Shown here: positions 1 to 9,137 of the stretch, piece after piece
Position numbering within the stretch: the first letter of the stretch is position 1
Layout: every line of letters starts with the position of its first letter
DNA from: Candidatus Zixiibacteriota bacterium
Lineage (GTDB): Bacteria > RBG-13-66-14 > B26-G2 > WVWN01
NCBI GenBank assembly: GCA_050117845.1
Contig: JASFLY010000002.1
Span: 32,001 to 96,000 of the forward strand
Direction of reading: 5' to 3'
DNA length: 64,000 bases
Translations under genes and position numbers: made by a program
Notes under the pieces: model-generated
The model's database searches: none
Told to the model about the DNA's origin: nothing
The model's input: the letters and a program-made list of their open reading frames with translations, nothing else

Positions 1-585
1 GACCTGCGCCGGGCCGACTGGGTTTCGGTGAAGGTCGACGCCGTGGAGGAGGAGGCGTGGCGCCGGGTGGACCGGCCCCACGGCCGCCTGCGCCTGGACG
101 ACATGTTGGACGGAATTCGAGAATTCGCGAAAACCTTCGACGGAACGCTCGCCACGGAGACCATGCTCGTCGCCGGCCTCAACGACGCGCCGGAACACGT
201 CGGGGGCGTGGCCTCGTTCCTGGCCGAAATCGGCCCCGCGGTCGCGTACCTCTCGGTCCCCACGCGCCCCCCGGCGGAGGGGACCGCCCTGCCGCCGTCG
301 GAGGAGACGCTGGCCCGGGCGTACGACGCCTTCGCGTCCCGCGGCTTGCGTACGGAGTTACTACTGGGCTACCCGGGCGACGCCTTCGCCTTCACGGGCA
401 ACGTAGAGGAGGACATCCTGAGCATCACCGCGGTCCACCCCATGCGCCGGGAGGCCGTGGCCGAGCTGCTGGCTAAGGCCGGCGCGGCGTGGGACGTCGT
501 GGACGAGCTAATCGGCCGGGACGAACTGGCGTCGGTCGAGTTCGGCGGCCGGGAGTTCTACGTCCGGAAATTTCGGAAAGGTTAA
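1..585 (+). CDS. Radical SAM / Fe-S oxidoreductase (COG0731-like), C-terminal part; 5' end lies outside the window
   Basis: Frame is open from base 1 (DLRRADWVSVKVDA...RRVDRPH...ETMLVAGLND...YLSVPTRPPAE...ITAVHPMR), typical of the C-terminal half of this family. The CxxxCxxC motif is not in the window. Confidence 0.75.
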   Translation, partial: DLRRADWVSVKVDAVEEEAWRRVDRPHGRLRLDDMLDGIREFAKTFDGTLATETMLVAGLNDAPEHVGGVASFLAEIGPAVAYLSVPTRPPAEGTALPPSEETLARAYDAFASRGLRTELLLGYPGDAFAFTGNVEEDILSITAVHPMRREAVAELLAKAGAAWDVVDELIGRDELASVEFGGREFYVRKFRKG

Positions 586-589
586 TAGT

Positions 590-961
590 ATGGGAGACAA
601 GGAAATCGACCCGGGTGAATTCGTTCTGTGTCTCAACGTAAAGGACCTGGGCAGGTCGCTCGAATTCTACCGGCGGCTCGGCCTCGAGCAAATCGGCGGC
701 GTACCCGACGAGGGATGGGCCATCCTGGGCCGCCGGAACCTCAAGCTGGGCCTGTTCGAGGGACACATCGAAAAGAACCTGCTTAATTTCCGGGGCGGCG
801 ACGTCTTCGCCCTCGCCCGGGAGCTGGAAAGCCGGGGCCTGACGATACTCCGCGGCCCGGAACGGGAGAGCGACGGCAGCGCCGGCGCCTGGCTCGCCGA
901 CCCCGACGATAACCTTATTTATTTCAACACTTGCCCCGACGAAGAGGCCGGCGGCGCGTAA
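590..961 (+). CDS. VOC family (glyoxalase/bleomycin resistance) protein
   Basis: LNVKDLGRSLEFYRRLG N-terminal motif and LADPDDNLIYF C-terminal motif. Confidence 0.85.
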   Translation: MGDKEIDPGEFVLCLNVKDLGRSLEFYRRLGLEQIGGVPDEGWAILGRRNLKLGLFEGHIEKNLLNFRGGDVFALARELESRGLTILRGPERESDGSAGAWLADPDDNLIYFNTCPDEEAGGA

Positions 962-986
962 AGGCCCCGGACCCGGGGAGGTCACA

Positions 987-2180
987 ATGCAAATACGTAA
1001 AATAAACGACGACGAGCGGGCGGAATTCGTCAGGATTTCCCGCTACGCCTTTGGGGATTGGTCCGACGAGGAAGTAAAGGAAGCCGAACTCGAATGGGCC
1101 GACCCGCGCTTCATCATCGGCGTCTTCGAGGACGGCCGTATGGCCGCGGCCCTCAAGTGCTTCACCGCGGACCAATCGGTGCGAGGCGTCGTGAAACGGA
1201 TGGGCGGCGTCTCCTGCGTCGTGACCACCCCACCCTACCGCAATCGCGGCTTCGCCCGGGAGGTGATGCAGGCCGCGTTCGAGGACATGCGGGAGCGGGG
1301 CCTGGACGTCAGCATGCTCCGGCCTTTCCGCGAAACGTTCTACGGTAAACTCGGCTACGCCAGTACTTCCTCCCACATGACCGTATCCATCCCGGCCGTC
1401 GCGCTGGGCCGTTGGCTCCGGTACGAACCCGGCCCCGGCTGGAGCCTCGACGTAGCGCCGACGCGCGACGTCCTGGACGAAGTTCAGGCCTTCTGGCGGG
1501 ACGAGGTGATGCCCCGGCACCACGGCATGGTCCGCATCACCGAAGCCTCCGCCGGCGAGTGGGGATTCTGGACAAAGGACAAGCTTGTCGCCCGGGCGGT
1601 GCAGGACGGCAAGACGCGCGGCCTCATCCGCTATAAGAAAACGGCCTTCGGCGCCGAGGGGAAACTCGACGCGGCCGAGTTCTTCTGGACCGACGACGCC
1701 AGCCGCGAACTGCTGCTCCACTACCTCGCCCGGCACCGCGACCAGGTGGCCGAGGTCAAACTACGCCTCCCGTACGGGATAAACTTCCAATCCTGGCTCG
1801 AGGACGTGCCGCGGCGCATCGACGCCGAAGTGTTCCACCTGCCGTGGATGGTCCGGCTGATGGACATCACCTCCGCGCTGACGGGCCTCCCGGCCGCCGA
1901 GGCCGGCGAGATTAAGTTCGCCGTGGCCGACGACCAGTGCCCCTGGAACGCCCGCGCCTATCGCCTATGGTGCGACGGCGAGACGCTCCAGGTTAAACCC
2001 CACGAAGATGAACCCGCTTTGAGTTTGCATATCCGCGGGATATCGGCGCTGGCGTACGGCGCGCTGGATACGGCGGAACTCGCGCGGCGGGGCTGGCTTT
2101 CCGGCGCTAGCGAGGCCGAGGCGGCCCTCCTCGACACGTGGTTCCCCCCGCTGGTCCTCTACAACCCGGTGGACTTCTAG
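987..2180 (+). CDS. Eis-like GNAT acetyltransferase with C-terminal SCP2-like domain
   Basis: GGVSCVVTTPPYRNRGFA acetyl-CoA motif, FYGKLGY, WMVRLMDI..AL and D..CPWN; about 400 aa; SD GGAGG upstream. Confidence 0.85.
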   Translation: MQIRKINDDERAEFVRISRYAFGDWSDEEVKEAELEWADPRFIIGVFEDGRMAAALKCFTADQSVRGVVKRMGGVSCVVTTPPYRNRGFAREVMQAAFEDMRERGLDVSMLRPFRETFYGKLGYASTSSHMTVSIPAVALGRWLRYEPGPGWSLDVAPTRDVLDEVQAFWRDEVMPRHHGMVRITEASAGEWGFWTKDKLVARAVQDGKTRGLIRYKKTAFGAEGKLDAAEFFWTDDASRELLLHYLARHRDQVAEVKLRLPYGINFQSWLEDVPRRIDAEVFHLPWMVRLMDITSALTGLPAAEAGEIKFAVADDQCPWNARAYRLWCDGETLQVKPHEDEPALSLHIRGISALAYGALDTAELARRGWLSGASEAEAALLDTWFPPLVLYNPVDF

Positions 2181-2360
2181 CGTAACTTACCCGGCAGGAA
2201 TGCCGGCCCCACCTATATAATTGTAATAAGAAGCGGCGGGCTTCATGCCCGCCGTATCGCCGACAGGGAAAGACAGCGGGGACGCCGACCCCGGCCGATT
2301 AATAATACGGAACGGCGGCCGTAAAGGCCGCCGCTTTGGCCGCATGGTAAACAATTAACC

Positions 2361-2389
2361 TTGAAGCGCCCTATTCCAAATGTTAAAAT
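2361..2389 (+). promoter_or_regulatory. Sigma70-type promoter (extended -10) for the hdrBC/glutamate synthase operon
   Basis: TTGAAG-17 bp-TAAAAT with TG upstream of the -10. Confidence 0.55.
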
Positions 2390-2413
2390 TAAACAATATA
2401 ACCCCGCCGATAA

Positions 2414-3739
2414 ATGACGCAAAGCCTCCCTATATTCTGGGGCTGTACCATCGCTCATCGCCTCCCCTTTATCGAGAACGCCACGCGGCGCGCGCTGGCC
2501 GCCCTCGGCGTCGAACTCGTTGACGTCGACGGCTTTAGCTGCTGCCCGGATCCGCTGTACACCCGTCTCTTCGGCGAGGACACCGCCCGGGCTCTCGCCG
2601 GCCGCAACCTCGCGCTGGCCGCCGCGGCGGGCCCCGAACTCCTCGTCGAGTGCAACGGCTGTTTCCAGTCGCTCGGCGCCGCCGTCCGGGAACTGCGCGA
2701 CCCGGAAGCGCGGGCCGAAGTCAACGCCCGCCTCGCCGAGGCCGGCCGAACGTACGAGGGGGGCGTTACGCCCGTCCACTTCATCGACTACCTGCGGCGT
2801 ATCGGCGTCGATAACATCAAGGCCCGGGTAACGCGGCCCCTCGCCGGCCTCAAGCTCGCCGTCCACTACGGCTGCCACGCCCTCTCGCCTCCCCCCTTCG
2901 CCGTCGACGACGCCGAAAACCCGACGATACTGGAGAACGTATTAAAAGCTCTGGGCGCCGAGGCCGGCCCGTACGACGAGCGGCTGAGTTGCTGCGGCGG
3001 GCCGCTCTCGGCCTTCGACGAGGGCGCCTCCGCCCAACTATTGCGGCGCAAGATGCGGGGCGTCGCCGCGGCCGGCGCCGACGCCGTCGTCGTCACTTGC
3101 CCCAGCTGTTTCCTGCAATTCGACCTCCGCGCCAAGCTCGTGGCCGAGGAACTCCGCCGGCCGGTCTTCCATATCGCCGAGTTGATGTCCCTCGCGTTCG
3201 GCGTCCCGGCGAAGGAACTGCGCTTCAAGGGGTGGCACGTCGTCCGCGTAAACGACGTACTAAAAAAAATCGGCGTCGAAGAATCGGAGGAGGACCTCCG
3301 GGCCCACTTCGACATAGAGAGCCTCAAGAAGTGCTGCGGGTCCTGCGCCTACGAGTGCACGGTCGTGCGGGGCCAGGCCGACGTCGCCAAGCGCAACCTC
3401 TACGACCCCATGGCCATCGTGGACAAAATCGTAGCCGGGGAGATAGAGCCGCTCCTCGAGAGCGAAGAGATATGGTACTGTCTGGCATGCCACGAGTGCG
3501 CGAGCCGCTGCCCGCACGGCCGGGGACTGGCGGAGGTATTCGAGACGCTCCGGCGCCTCGCGCTTGCCCGGGGGGTCAAACCGCCGCCCGTGGAGGCGCG
3601 GCTGGCGGCCGTGCGCAAGAGCGGCCTGGGCCTCCAGAAGCAGGACTGGGCCCGGGAGGAGTTCGGCCTGGGGGCAGCCTCGGAGCCCGCGGCTGAAGAG
3701 ATAGCCAAGATACTCAGAGAACGGGATGACGACGAATGA
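2414..3739 (+). CDS. Heterodisulfide reductase-like HdrB-HdrC fusion protein
   Basis: Two CCG domains (GCTI...CCPDP...ECNGC; HYGCH...CCGG...CPSC) followed by a 4Fe-4S dicluster domain (CCGSCAYEC; IWYCLACHECASRCP). Confidence 0.85.
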   Translation: MTQSLPIFWGCTIAHRLPFIENATRRALAALGVELVDVDGFSCCPDPLYTRLFGEDTARALAGRNLALAAAAGPELLVECNGCFQSLGAAVRELRDPEARAEVNARLAEAGRTYEGGVTPVHFIDYLRRIGVDNIKARVTRPLAGLKLAVHYGCHALSPPPFAVDDAENPTILENVLKALGAEAGPYDERLSCCGGPLSAFDEGASAQLLRRKMRGVAAAGADAVVVTCPSCFLQFDLRAKLVAEELRRPVFHIAELMSLAFGVPAKELRFKGWHVVRVNDVLKKIGVEESEEDLRAHFDIESLKKCCGSCAYECTVVRGQADVAKRNLYDPMAIVDKIVAGEIEPLLESEEIWYCLACHECASRCPHGRGLAEVFETLRRLALARGVKPPPVEARLAAVRKSGLGLQKQDWAREEFGLGAASEPAAEEIAKILRERDDDE

Positions 3740-4932
3740 CCGAATCGGCCTTTAATCGGAAGATAGAGAAGCCGGCCTCGCCGCCCCGCCACGTCGAGCG
3801 CATCGGCGAGGCGTGCGGCATCGCCGCGCTGGTGAACGTCGACGGCACGCGGGAGAGCGGCGCGCGGGTGGGGAAGATGATAAGAACGATGGTCGACCGC
3901 GAGAACGGCCTGGGCGCAGGCTACGCCGCCTACGGCCTCTTCCCGGACAAGGCCGACCTCTACTGCCTGCAGATGCTCTTCGACGACAAGGCCGCGCTGG
4001 ACGCCGGCCGCGAGTTCGTCAAGGCCAACTTCCTCCTCGACGCCGAGGAGGAAATCCCGACGCATCCCGTGGCCTCGATGGCCGGCGCGATACCCATCTG
4101 CCGGCGCTTCTTCGTAGCCGTACCGCCGGAGGTACCCGCCGGCGAGGACGATTACGTTACGCGGCAGGTCTTCCGCATCAACGGCGACCTTCCCGGGGCG
4201 TTCGTGATGTCGTCGGGCCGGGACATGGCGGTCTTCAAGGGCAACGGCTGGTCCTACGAGATAGCCGAGTTCTACGGCATTGACGACTACGAGGCCTGTC
4301 TGTGGCTCGCCCACTCCCGTTTCCCGACCAACAGTCCGGGATGGTGGGGCGGCGCGCACCCCTTCAACGTCCTGGATCTGTCCATCGTTCACAACGGCGA
4401 AATAACGTCGTACGGGACGAACCGGCGCTACGTCGAGATGGCCGGCTACCGCTGCACGCTCCTGACCGACAGCGAGGTCATCGCGTACGCGATCGACCTG
4501 CTGCTGCGGCGCCAGCGTCTCCCGGAACTCGTCGCGTTCGCCGCCCTGGCGCCGCCATACCACTTCATCATCGAAGAAGTGGCGGACGAGAACACCCGGG
4601 AGCTGTTGCGCGAGATCCGCAAGAACTACCGGCCCGCCATGCTCAACGGGCCGTTCAGCATCGCCGTGGCGGCGCGGAGCCCCGAGCTCACCCTTTACGG
4701 CCTTACGGACCGCAAGAAACTCCGGCCCATGGTCGCCGCGACCTCGGCCGACGGGAACACCGTATTCCTCTCCTCGGAAGAGTGCGCCATTGCGATACTC
4801 GGCGACGAGGGCGCCGCGGCCTGGGCGCCGCACGCCGGCCAGCCGGTCATCGCGGGCGTGGGCCGGGGCCTCGTCTGGCGCGGCACCGAGGACTACTTCG
4901 AGGGCCTCGAGATAGCGTTCGAGAACGCGTAA
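3736..4932 (+). CDS. Glutamate synthase amidotransferase domain (GltB1-type, class II glutamine amidotransferase)
   Basis: EA/CGIA Ntn nucleophile after a short propeptide; RENGLGAG, HSRFPTN, AHPF, VHNGEI, TDSEV, LNGPF, DRKKLRP; ATGA overlap with the upstream gene. Confidence 0.85.
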   Translation: MTESAFNRKIEKPASPPRHVERIGEACGIAALVNVDGTRESGARVGKMIRTMVDRENGLGAGYAAYGLFPDKADLYCLQMLFDDKAALDAGREFVKANFLLDAEEEIPTHPVASMAGAIPICRRFFVAVPPEVPAGEDDYVTRQVFRINGDLPGAFVMSSGRDMAVFKGNGWSYEIAEFYGIDDYEACLWLAHSRFPTNSPGWWGGAHPFNVLDLSIVHNGEITSYGTNRRYVEMAGYRCTLLTDSEVIAYAIDLLLRRQRLPELVAFAALAPPYHFIIEEVADENTRELLREIRKNYRPAMLNGPFSIAVAARSPELTLYGLTDRKKLRPMVAATSADGNTVFLSSEECAIAILGDEGAAAWAPHAGQPVIAGVGRGLVWRGTEDYFEGLEIAFENA

Positions 4933-4972
4933 TCTTTAAATAAAATAGGGAATAGGTTTAAAGGAGGAGGAG

Positions 4973-5287
4973 ATGAAGAAAGCGTTAGCAATATTAATGA
5001 CGGGGGTTTTCCTTATAGCGGGTTGTACGGGGTCAACCCCGGAAAAAGATGCAATAAAAATAGTGCAAGATAAAGGCGCGGATTGGCCCGCTCATAAGTT
5101 CGAAGCGAAGCCGAATCCTAAAGGCGAAGGTATTATAGTATACCAACCGGGCATGAAAGCGGCATGGTTAGTAGTTAACGATAAAGTTTATGCCATAAAT
5201 GGATCCGCGAAAAATATAACGCCTACCGCGAGTTATCAACGCGGCGACGGAGTACTTGATATAGACGACGTTGAAGAGATTTTCTAA
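4973..5287 (+). CDS. Small lipoprotein of unknown function, AT-rich relative to its neighbours
   Basis: MKK + hydrophobic stretch + LIAGC lipobox; strong SD AGGAGGAGG. Confidence 0.75.
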   Translation: MKKALAILMTGVFLIAGCTGSTPEKDAIKIVQDKGADWPAHKFEAKPNPKGEGIIVYQPGMKAAWLVVNDKVYAINGSAKNITPTASYQRGDGVLDIDDVEEIF

Positions 5288-5315
5288 CCCAAGTTGAACT
5301 CTTAGGCCCCGATAA

Positions 5316-6842
5316 ATGGATATTTACCACGAGATCCCGCCGCGCTTCCAGGTCCGGATAGACCGGGAGGCCTGCCGCCTGTGCGAACGGTGCACCATCA
5401 ACTGCACCTACGACGTGCTCTCCTTCAACGGCGAGCGCATCGTCGCCAAGGCCGAGAACTGCGTCTCCTGCCAGCGCTGCGCCACGATGTGCCCCCAGCG
5501 CGCGATTTCCATAACGCCCGGGCAGATAGGCTTCGCGCCCCACGGCACTTATTCCGAGCGCATCCGGCGCATCCTCTACGAGCAGGCCAGCACCGGCGGC
5601 GTTATGCTCGCCGGCTCGGGGACGGACCTTCCCTACCGCGTCATCTTCGACGACATCCTCCTGGACGCGGCGCAGGTGACCAACCCCTCCATCGACCCCC
5701 TGCGGGAGCCGGTCGAGACGGTCACCTATCTCGGCCGCAAGCCGGACCACATGGTAGCGAGCCAGGACGACGGCCGGCTGACGGTCGACCGCGGCGCCGA
5801 CTACCCCAACGTTCGCCTCTCGACGCCTCTCGCCGTGGGCCACATGTCGCTCGGGTCCATATCCTACAACGCCTGCATCGCCATATTCCGGGCCGCCACG
5901 GAGTTCGGGATAATGGTGGGCACCGGCGAGGGCGGCCTGCACCCCGACTTCTACGAGTACGCCCGGGTCATCAACAGCGAAGTGGCGTCCGGCCGCTTCG
6001 GCATCGAGCCGCGCTACCTCAAGGACGTCGCGGCGCTTGAAATAAAAATAGGCCAGGGGGCCAAACCCGGCCACGGCGGCCACCTCCCCGGCGAGAAGGT
6101 GGATTCGCTCATCTCCGAGACGCGGATGATACCGGTGGGGACGGACGCCCTCTCGCCCTACCCGCACCACGACATCTACAGCATCGAGGACCTGGCCCAG
6201 CTCATCGGCGCCCTGAAAGAGGCCAGCCGCTACCGCATCCCAGTGGGCGTCAAGATAGCGGCGGTGCACAACAGCGCCCCCATCGCCTCCGGCATCGCCC
6301 GGGCGGGCGCGGACTTTATTACGCTCGACGGCCTGCGCGGCGGCACCGGCGCCGCCCCCCGCATCATCCGGGACCACGCCGGCATCCCCATCGAACTGGC
6401 CGTGGCGTCGGTGGATCGGCGCCTGCGCGAGGAGGGCATCCGCCACCGCGTCTCCATCGTCGCAGGCGGCAGCGTCCGGTACGGCGCGGACCTGGTCAAG
6501 ATACTCGCGCTCGGCGCGGACGTGGCCATGATAGGCCAACCGGCGCTCATCGCGATGGGCTGCCGCTCGTGCCAGATGTGCCACCTGGGGAACTGCTCCT
6601 GGGGCATCGCGACCCAACGGAACGACCTCGTGCGGCGCCTCGACGTCGACATCGCCGCCGAGCGCCTGGTAAACCTGTTCCACGCCTGGACGGAAGAGCT
6701 GCGCGAAATACTCGGGGCGCTGGGGATAGACGCCGTGGAGTCTCTCGTGGGAAACCGCGACCGCCTCCGCTACATCGGCCCCAACCCCCGCATTGCGGAA
6801 GTGCTCGGCGTCAAACACGCCGGCGAACCCTGGTCGGATTAA
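5316..6842 (+). CDS. Glutamate synthase FMN-binding subunit with N-terminal 2x[4Fe-4S] ferredoxin (archaeal-type GltB2)
   Basis: CRLCERCTINC, CVSCQRCATMCP, MSLGSIS, GTGEGG, VASGRFG, EIKIGQGAKPGHGGHLPGEKV, PHHDIYSIEDL, CRSCQMCHLGNCSWGIATQ. Confidence 0.93.
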   Translation: MDIYHEIPPRFQVRIDREACRLCERCTINCTYDVLSFNGERIVAKAENCVSCQRCATMCPQRAISITPGQIGFAPHGTYSERIRRILYEQASTGGVMLAGSGTDLPYRVIFDDILLDAAQVTNPSIDPLREPVETVTYLGRKPDHMVASQDDGRLTVDRGADYPNVRLSTPLAVGHMSLGSISYNACIAIFRAATEFGIMVGTGEGGLHPDFYEYARVINSEVASGRFGIEPRYLKDVAALEIKIGQGAKPGHGGHLPGEKVDSLISETRMIPVGTDALSPYPHHDIYSIEDLAQLIGALKEASRYRIPVGVKIAAVHNSAPIASGIARAGADFITLDGLRGGTGAAPRIIRDHAGIPIELAVASVDRRLREEGIRHRVSIVAGGSVRYGADLVKILALGADVAMIGQPALIAMGCRSCQMCHLGNCSWGIATQRNDLVRRLDVDIAAERLVNLFHAWTEELREILGALGIDAVESLVGNRDRLRYIGPNPRIAEVLGVKHAGEPWSD

Positions 6843-6859
6843 ACCAGAACGGTAAAGCT

Positions 6860-7681
6860 ATGGTCGAAGTAAAGAACGACGTAGAGACGGCGACGCAGGC
6901 GCGCGAGATCTCGGCCCTGGACGGCCGGGGCGAACCCAAGCTGTACAAACCGTTGAACGAGGAAATACACCGGGCCGCGGCCGAAGGTTACGACGTAATC
7001 CGCGTGACCGACGTCCACGGCCAGCGCTTCATCGGCGCGGGCCTGCAGGGCGACATCCGCCTGGAGATTCACGGGACGCCGGGCAACGACCTCGGCGTCT
7101 TCATGGACGGCCCGACGATAGAGGTCTTCGGCTCGGCGGAGGACCAGGCCGGCAACACGATGAACAGCGGCCGCATAATTATCCACGGCAACGCCTGGGA
7201 CGTCACGGGCCTCGCCGCCCGCGGCGGCAGCATCTTCGTCAAGGGCGACGGCGGCTACCGCATCGGCATCCACATGAAGGAGTTTCGCCGGCACAGGCCG
7301 GTGGTCGTCTACGGCGGCCGGGTGCGGGAGTTCTTCGGGGAGTACATGGCCGGCGGCGTGCTCGTGGCCCTGGGCATGGACCTCCACGAGGGTAACGCAC
7401 TCCACAGCGCCGACCGCGAAATAGCCGGCCCCAGCCTGGGAACGGGCATCCACGGCGGCGTCATCTACCTCCGCGGCGACGTGCCCGACTACTACCTGGG
7501 CGTGGGCGCACTCCGCCGCGAGTTCGACGAAGGGGACCGCAAGATCCTCGAGCCGCTCTTGCGCGAGTTCGGCGAACACTTCGACGTATCAGAAGAGGAG
7601 CTGTGGGCGGTGCCGTTCACCAAGATCGTCCCGGCGTCCGGAAGGCCCTTTGCGGCGTATTATTGTGGTAAACTAATATAA
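6860..7681 (+). CDS. Glutamate synthase C-terminal GXGXG domain protein (GltB3/FwdC-like)
   Basis: GQRFIGAG, GTPGNDLGVFMDG, GNTMNSG, GYRIGIHMKE, FFGEYMAGG, GTGIHGGVIYLRG. Start placed at ATG 6860, after the GltB2 stop. Confidence 0.9.
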   Translation: MVEVKNDVETATQAREISALDGRGEPKLYKPLNEEIHRAAAEGYDVIRVTDVHGQRFIGAGLQGDIRLEIHGTPGNDLGVFMDGPTIEVFGSAEDQAGNTMNSGRIIIHGNAWDVTGLAARGGSIFVKGDGGYRIGIHMKEFRRHRPVVVYGGRVREFFGEYMAGGVLVALGMDLHEGNALHSADREIAGPSLGTGIHGGVIYLRGDVPDYYLGVGALRREFDEGDRKILEPLLREFGEHFDVSEEELWAVPFTKIVPASGRPFAAYYCGKLI

Positions 7682-7720
7682 CCCGTGCCAAACATACCGC
7701 GACCAACGCGGGAGGCCACT

Positions 7721-8440
7721 ATGTACCGCTATGTCGTAATAACCATAACCCTTATCGCATTACTCGTCACCTCCGGGTGCTGGTACGGGACCTTCATGGC
7801 CCCCCGGGCCACCGGCACCGGTAAGATCCGCCTCCGCGCCATCGGGAACTTCCCGGCGTACGTCAACTCCCACGACCGGGACAAGGACAACACCGGCCAG
7901 GGCGACGACGAACTCACCCCCGGCTTCGGCGACGGCTACGCCAAGGCGATGATCACGTACGGCGCCGGGCCGCGCTTCGACATCGGCATCCAGGGCCACA
8001 TGTACTCCGCCGGCATCCACGCCAAGTGGTGGGCGGCCATGAGGCCCGAGGGCTCGCACCGGGGGATGGACTTCTCGCCGATCCTCTTTTTGGACTACAT
8101 CTTCGAGACCCAGCGCATCGCCCCCAAGCTCTCGCTGGTGGGCGGCATTCCGGTCAGCCGCATCTCCCAGGCCTACATCGGCTACGAGTTCTTCTACGGC
8201 CCGGACATGACGCTCATCGACGACCTCTACAACGACCGCCTCCCCAAAGAGAAATTCCGCGAACTCGGCGGCGAGCATTACCAGGACAACATCTTCCTCG
8301 GCTTCGACTTCAACTATAAAGATATCGGCCTCACGGCCGAGATAGGTTACCCGCTGAAGCGCAACGATATCGACCGCTCGAGCACTATCTGGTTCGGCAT
8401 CGGCCTGTATTACGGCGCTTTGTTGGAAGGCATGCTGTAA
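7721..8440 (+). CDS. Hypothetical lipoprotein, possibly outer-membrane beta-rich
   Basis: SD GGAGG before ATG 7721; LVTSGC lipobox; alternating aromatic/Gly strands toward the C-terminus (IWFGIGLYY). Confidence 0.6.
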   Translation: MYRYVVITITLIALLVTSGCWYGTFMAPRATGTGKIRLRAIGNFPAYVNSHDRDKDNTGQGDDELTPGFGDGYAKAMITYGAGPRFDIGIQGHMYSAGIHAKWWAAMRPEGSHRGMDFSPILFLDYIFETQRIAPKLSLVGGIPVSRISQAYIGYEFFYGPDMTLIDDLYNDRLPKEKFRELGGEHYQDNIFLGFDFNYKDIGLTAEIGYPLKRNDIDRSSTIWFGIGLYYGALLEGML

Positions 8441-8479
8441 ATACCCGGTACGCCGGACGCCCGCGCGACTATAAGAAAT

Positions 8480-8506
8480 AACCCCGCCTCGTCGGCGGGG
8501 TTTTTT
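8480..8506. terminator. Rho-independent terminator between convergent genes
   Basis: AACCCCGCC-tcgtc-GGCGGGGTT followed by a T run. Confidence 0.8.
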
Positions 8507-8526
8507 CTGCGATTATCTACGTAAGT

Positions 8527-8781
8527 TTATTTATATACGTCCCCTCGAAACCCGATTGAAAATACGGTAATACTTTCCTCAGTTAAAACGTAAATAACCC
8601 TTATAGGCCCGACCCTCAACCTGAAAGAATTGTCTAATCCCCCACGTAACGGTTTAACATCAAGGATTCCCGTACGCGGATCGTTAGCGAGTTTCTCAAG
8701 CCGCGATTTAACCGCATTACGAAGGTACGAAGGAAGACGATGGTAATTCTTGGCGGCGGTCTTGGTAAAAAGTATTTTCAC
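8527..8781 (-). CDS. Type II toxin, RelE/ParE family
   Basis: 84 aa, basic; I.FTKTAAK, VKPLRG, FRLRVGPIRVIY, IGFRGDVYK; GTGA overlap with the antitoxin. Confidence 0.9.
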   Translation of the reverse strand: MKILFTKTAAKNYHRLPSYLRNAVKSRLEKLANDPRTGILDVKPLRGGLDNSFRLRVGPIRVIYVLTEESITVFSIGFRGDVYK

Positions 8782-8990
8782 TCTTTACCGGCCCCGCCTT
8801 CTACTTCCTCCAACGTGTACGTCTCGCCGCGGCCGACGTCGCCACGACTCCCGGCGAGTTGGCGCTCCTCATCGTCCAATTCGTCGCCCGGCGCGACCTT
8901 ATCCGCAAGGTAAAGTATTTCCAAGATCGCGTCCTCGTCCAAGGTTACGGCCTTTTCGATAAGCCGCCCCAATAATTCCTGTTTAGTCAT
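8778..8990 (-). CDS. Putative antitoxin of the RelE toxin
   Basis: Small acidic ORF directly upstream of relE with DELDDEE...GRGETYTLEEV tail. Start may be 8990 or 9008. Confidence 0.75.
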   Translation of the reverse strand: MTKQELLGRLIEKAVTLDEDAILEILYLADKVAPGDELDDEERQLAGSRGDVGRGETYTLEEVEGGAGKE

Positions 8991-9137
8991 GGCTATCACC
9001 GTATACATTATAGCATTTTTCGTTTATTAGGATACCCGTAAACCGCCCCCCTCCGCCAAAACGAAGCTTGACGCGCGGGCCGCTATCTGTTAAAGGTTAG
9101 ACTCTACCTCGGCCGGCTTTACAGCAATTTCCCTCTT

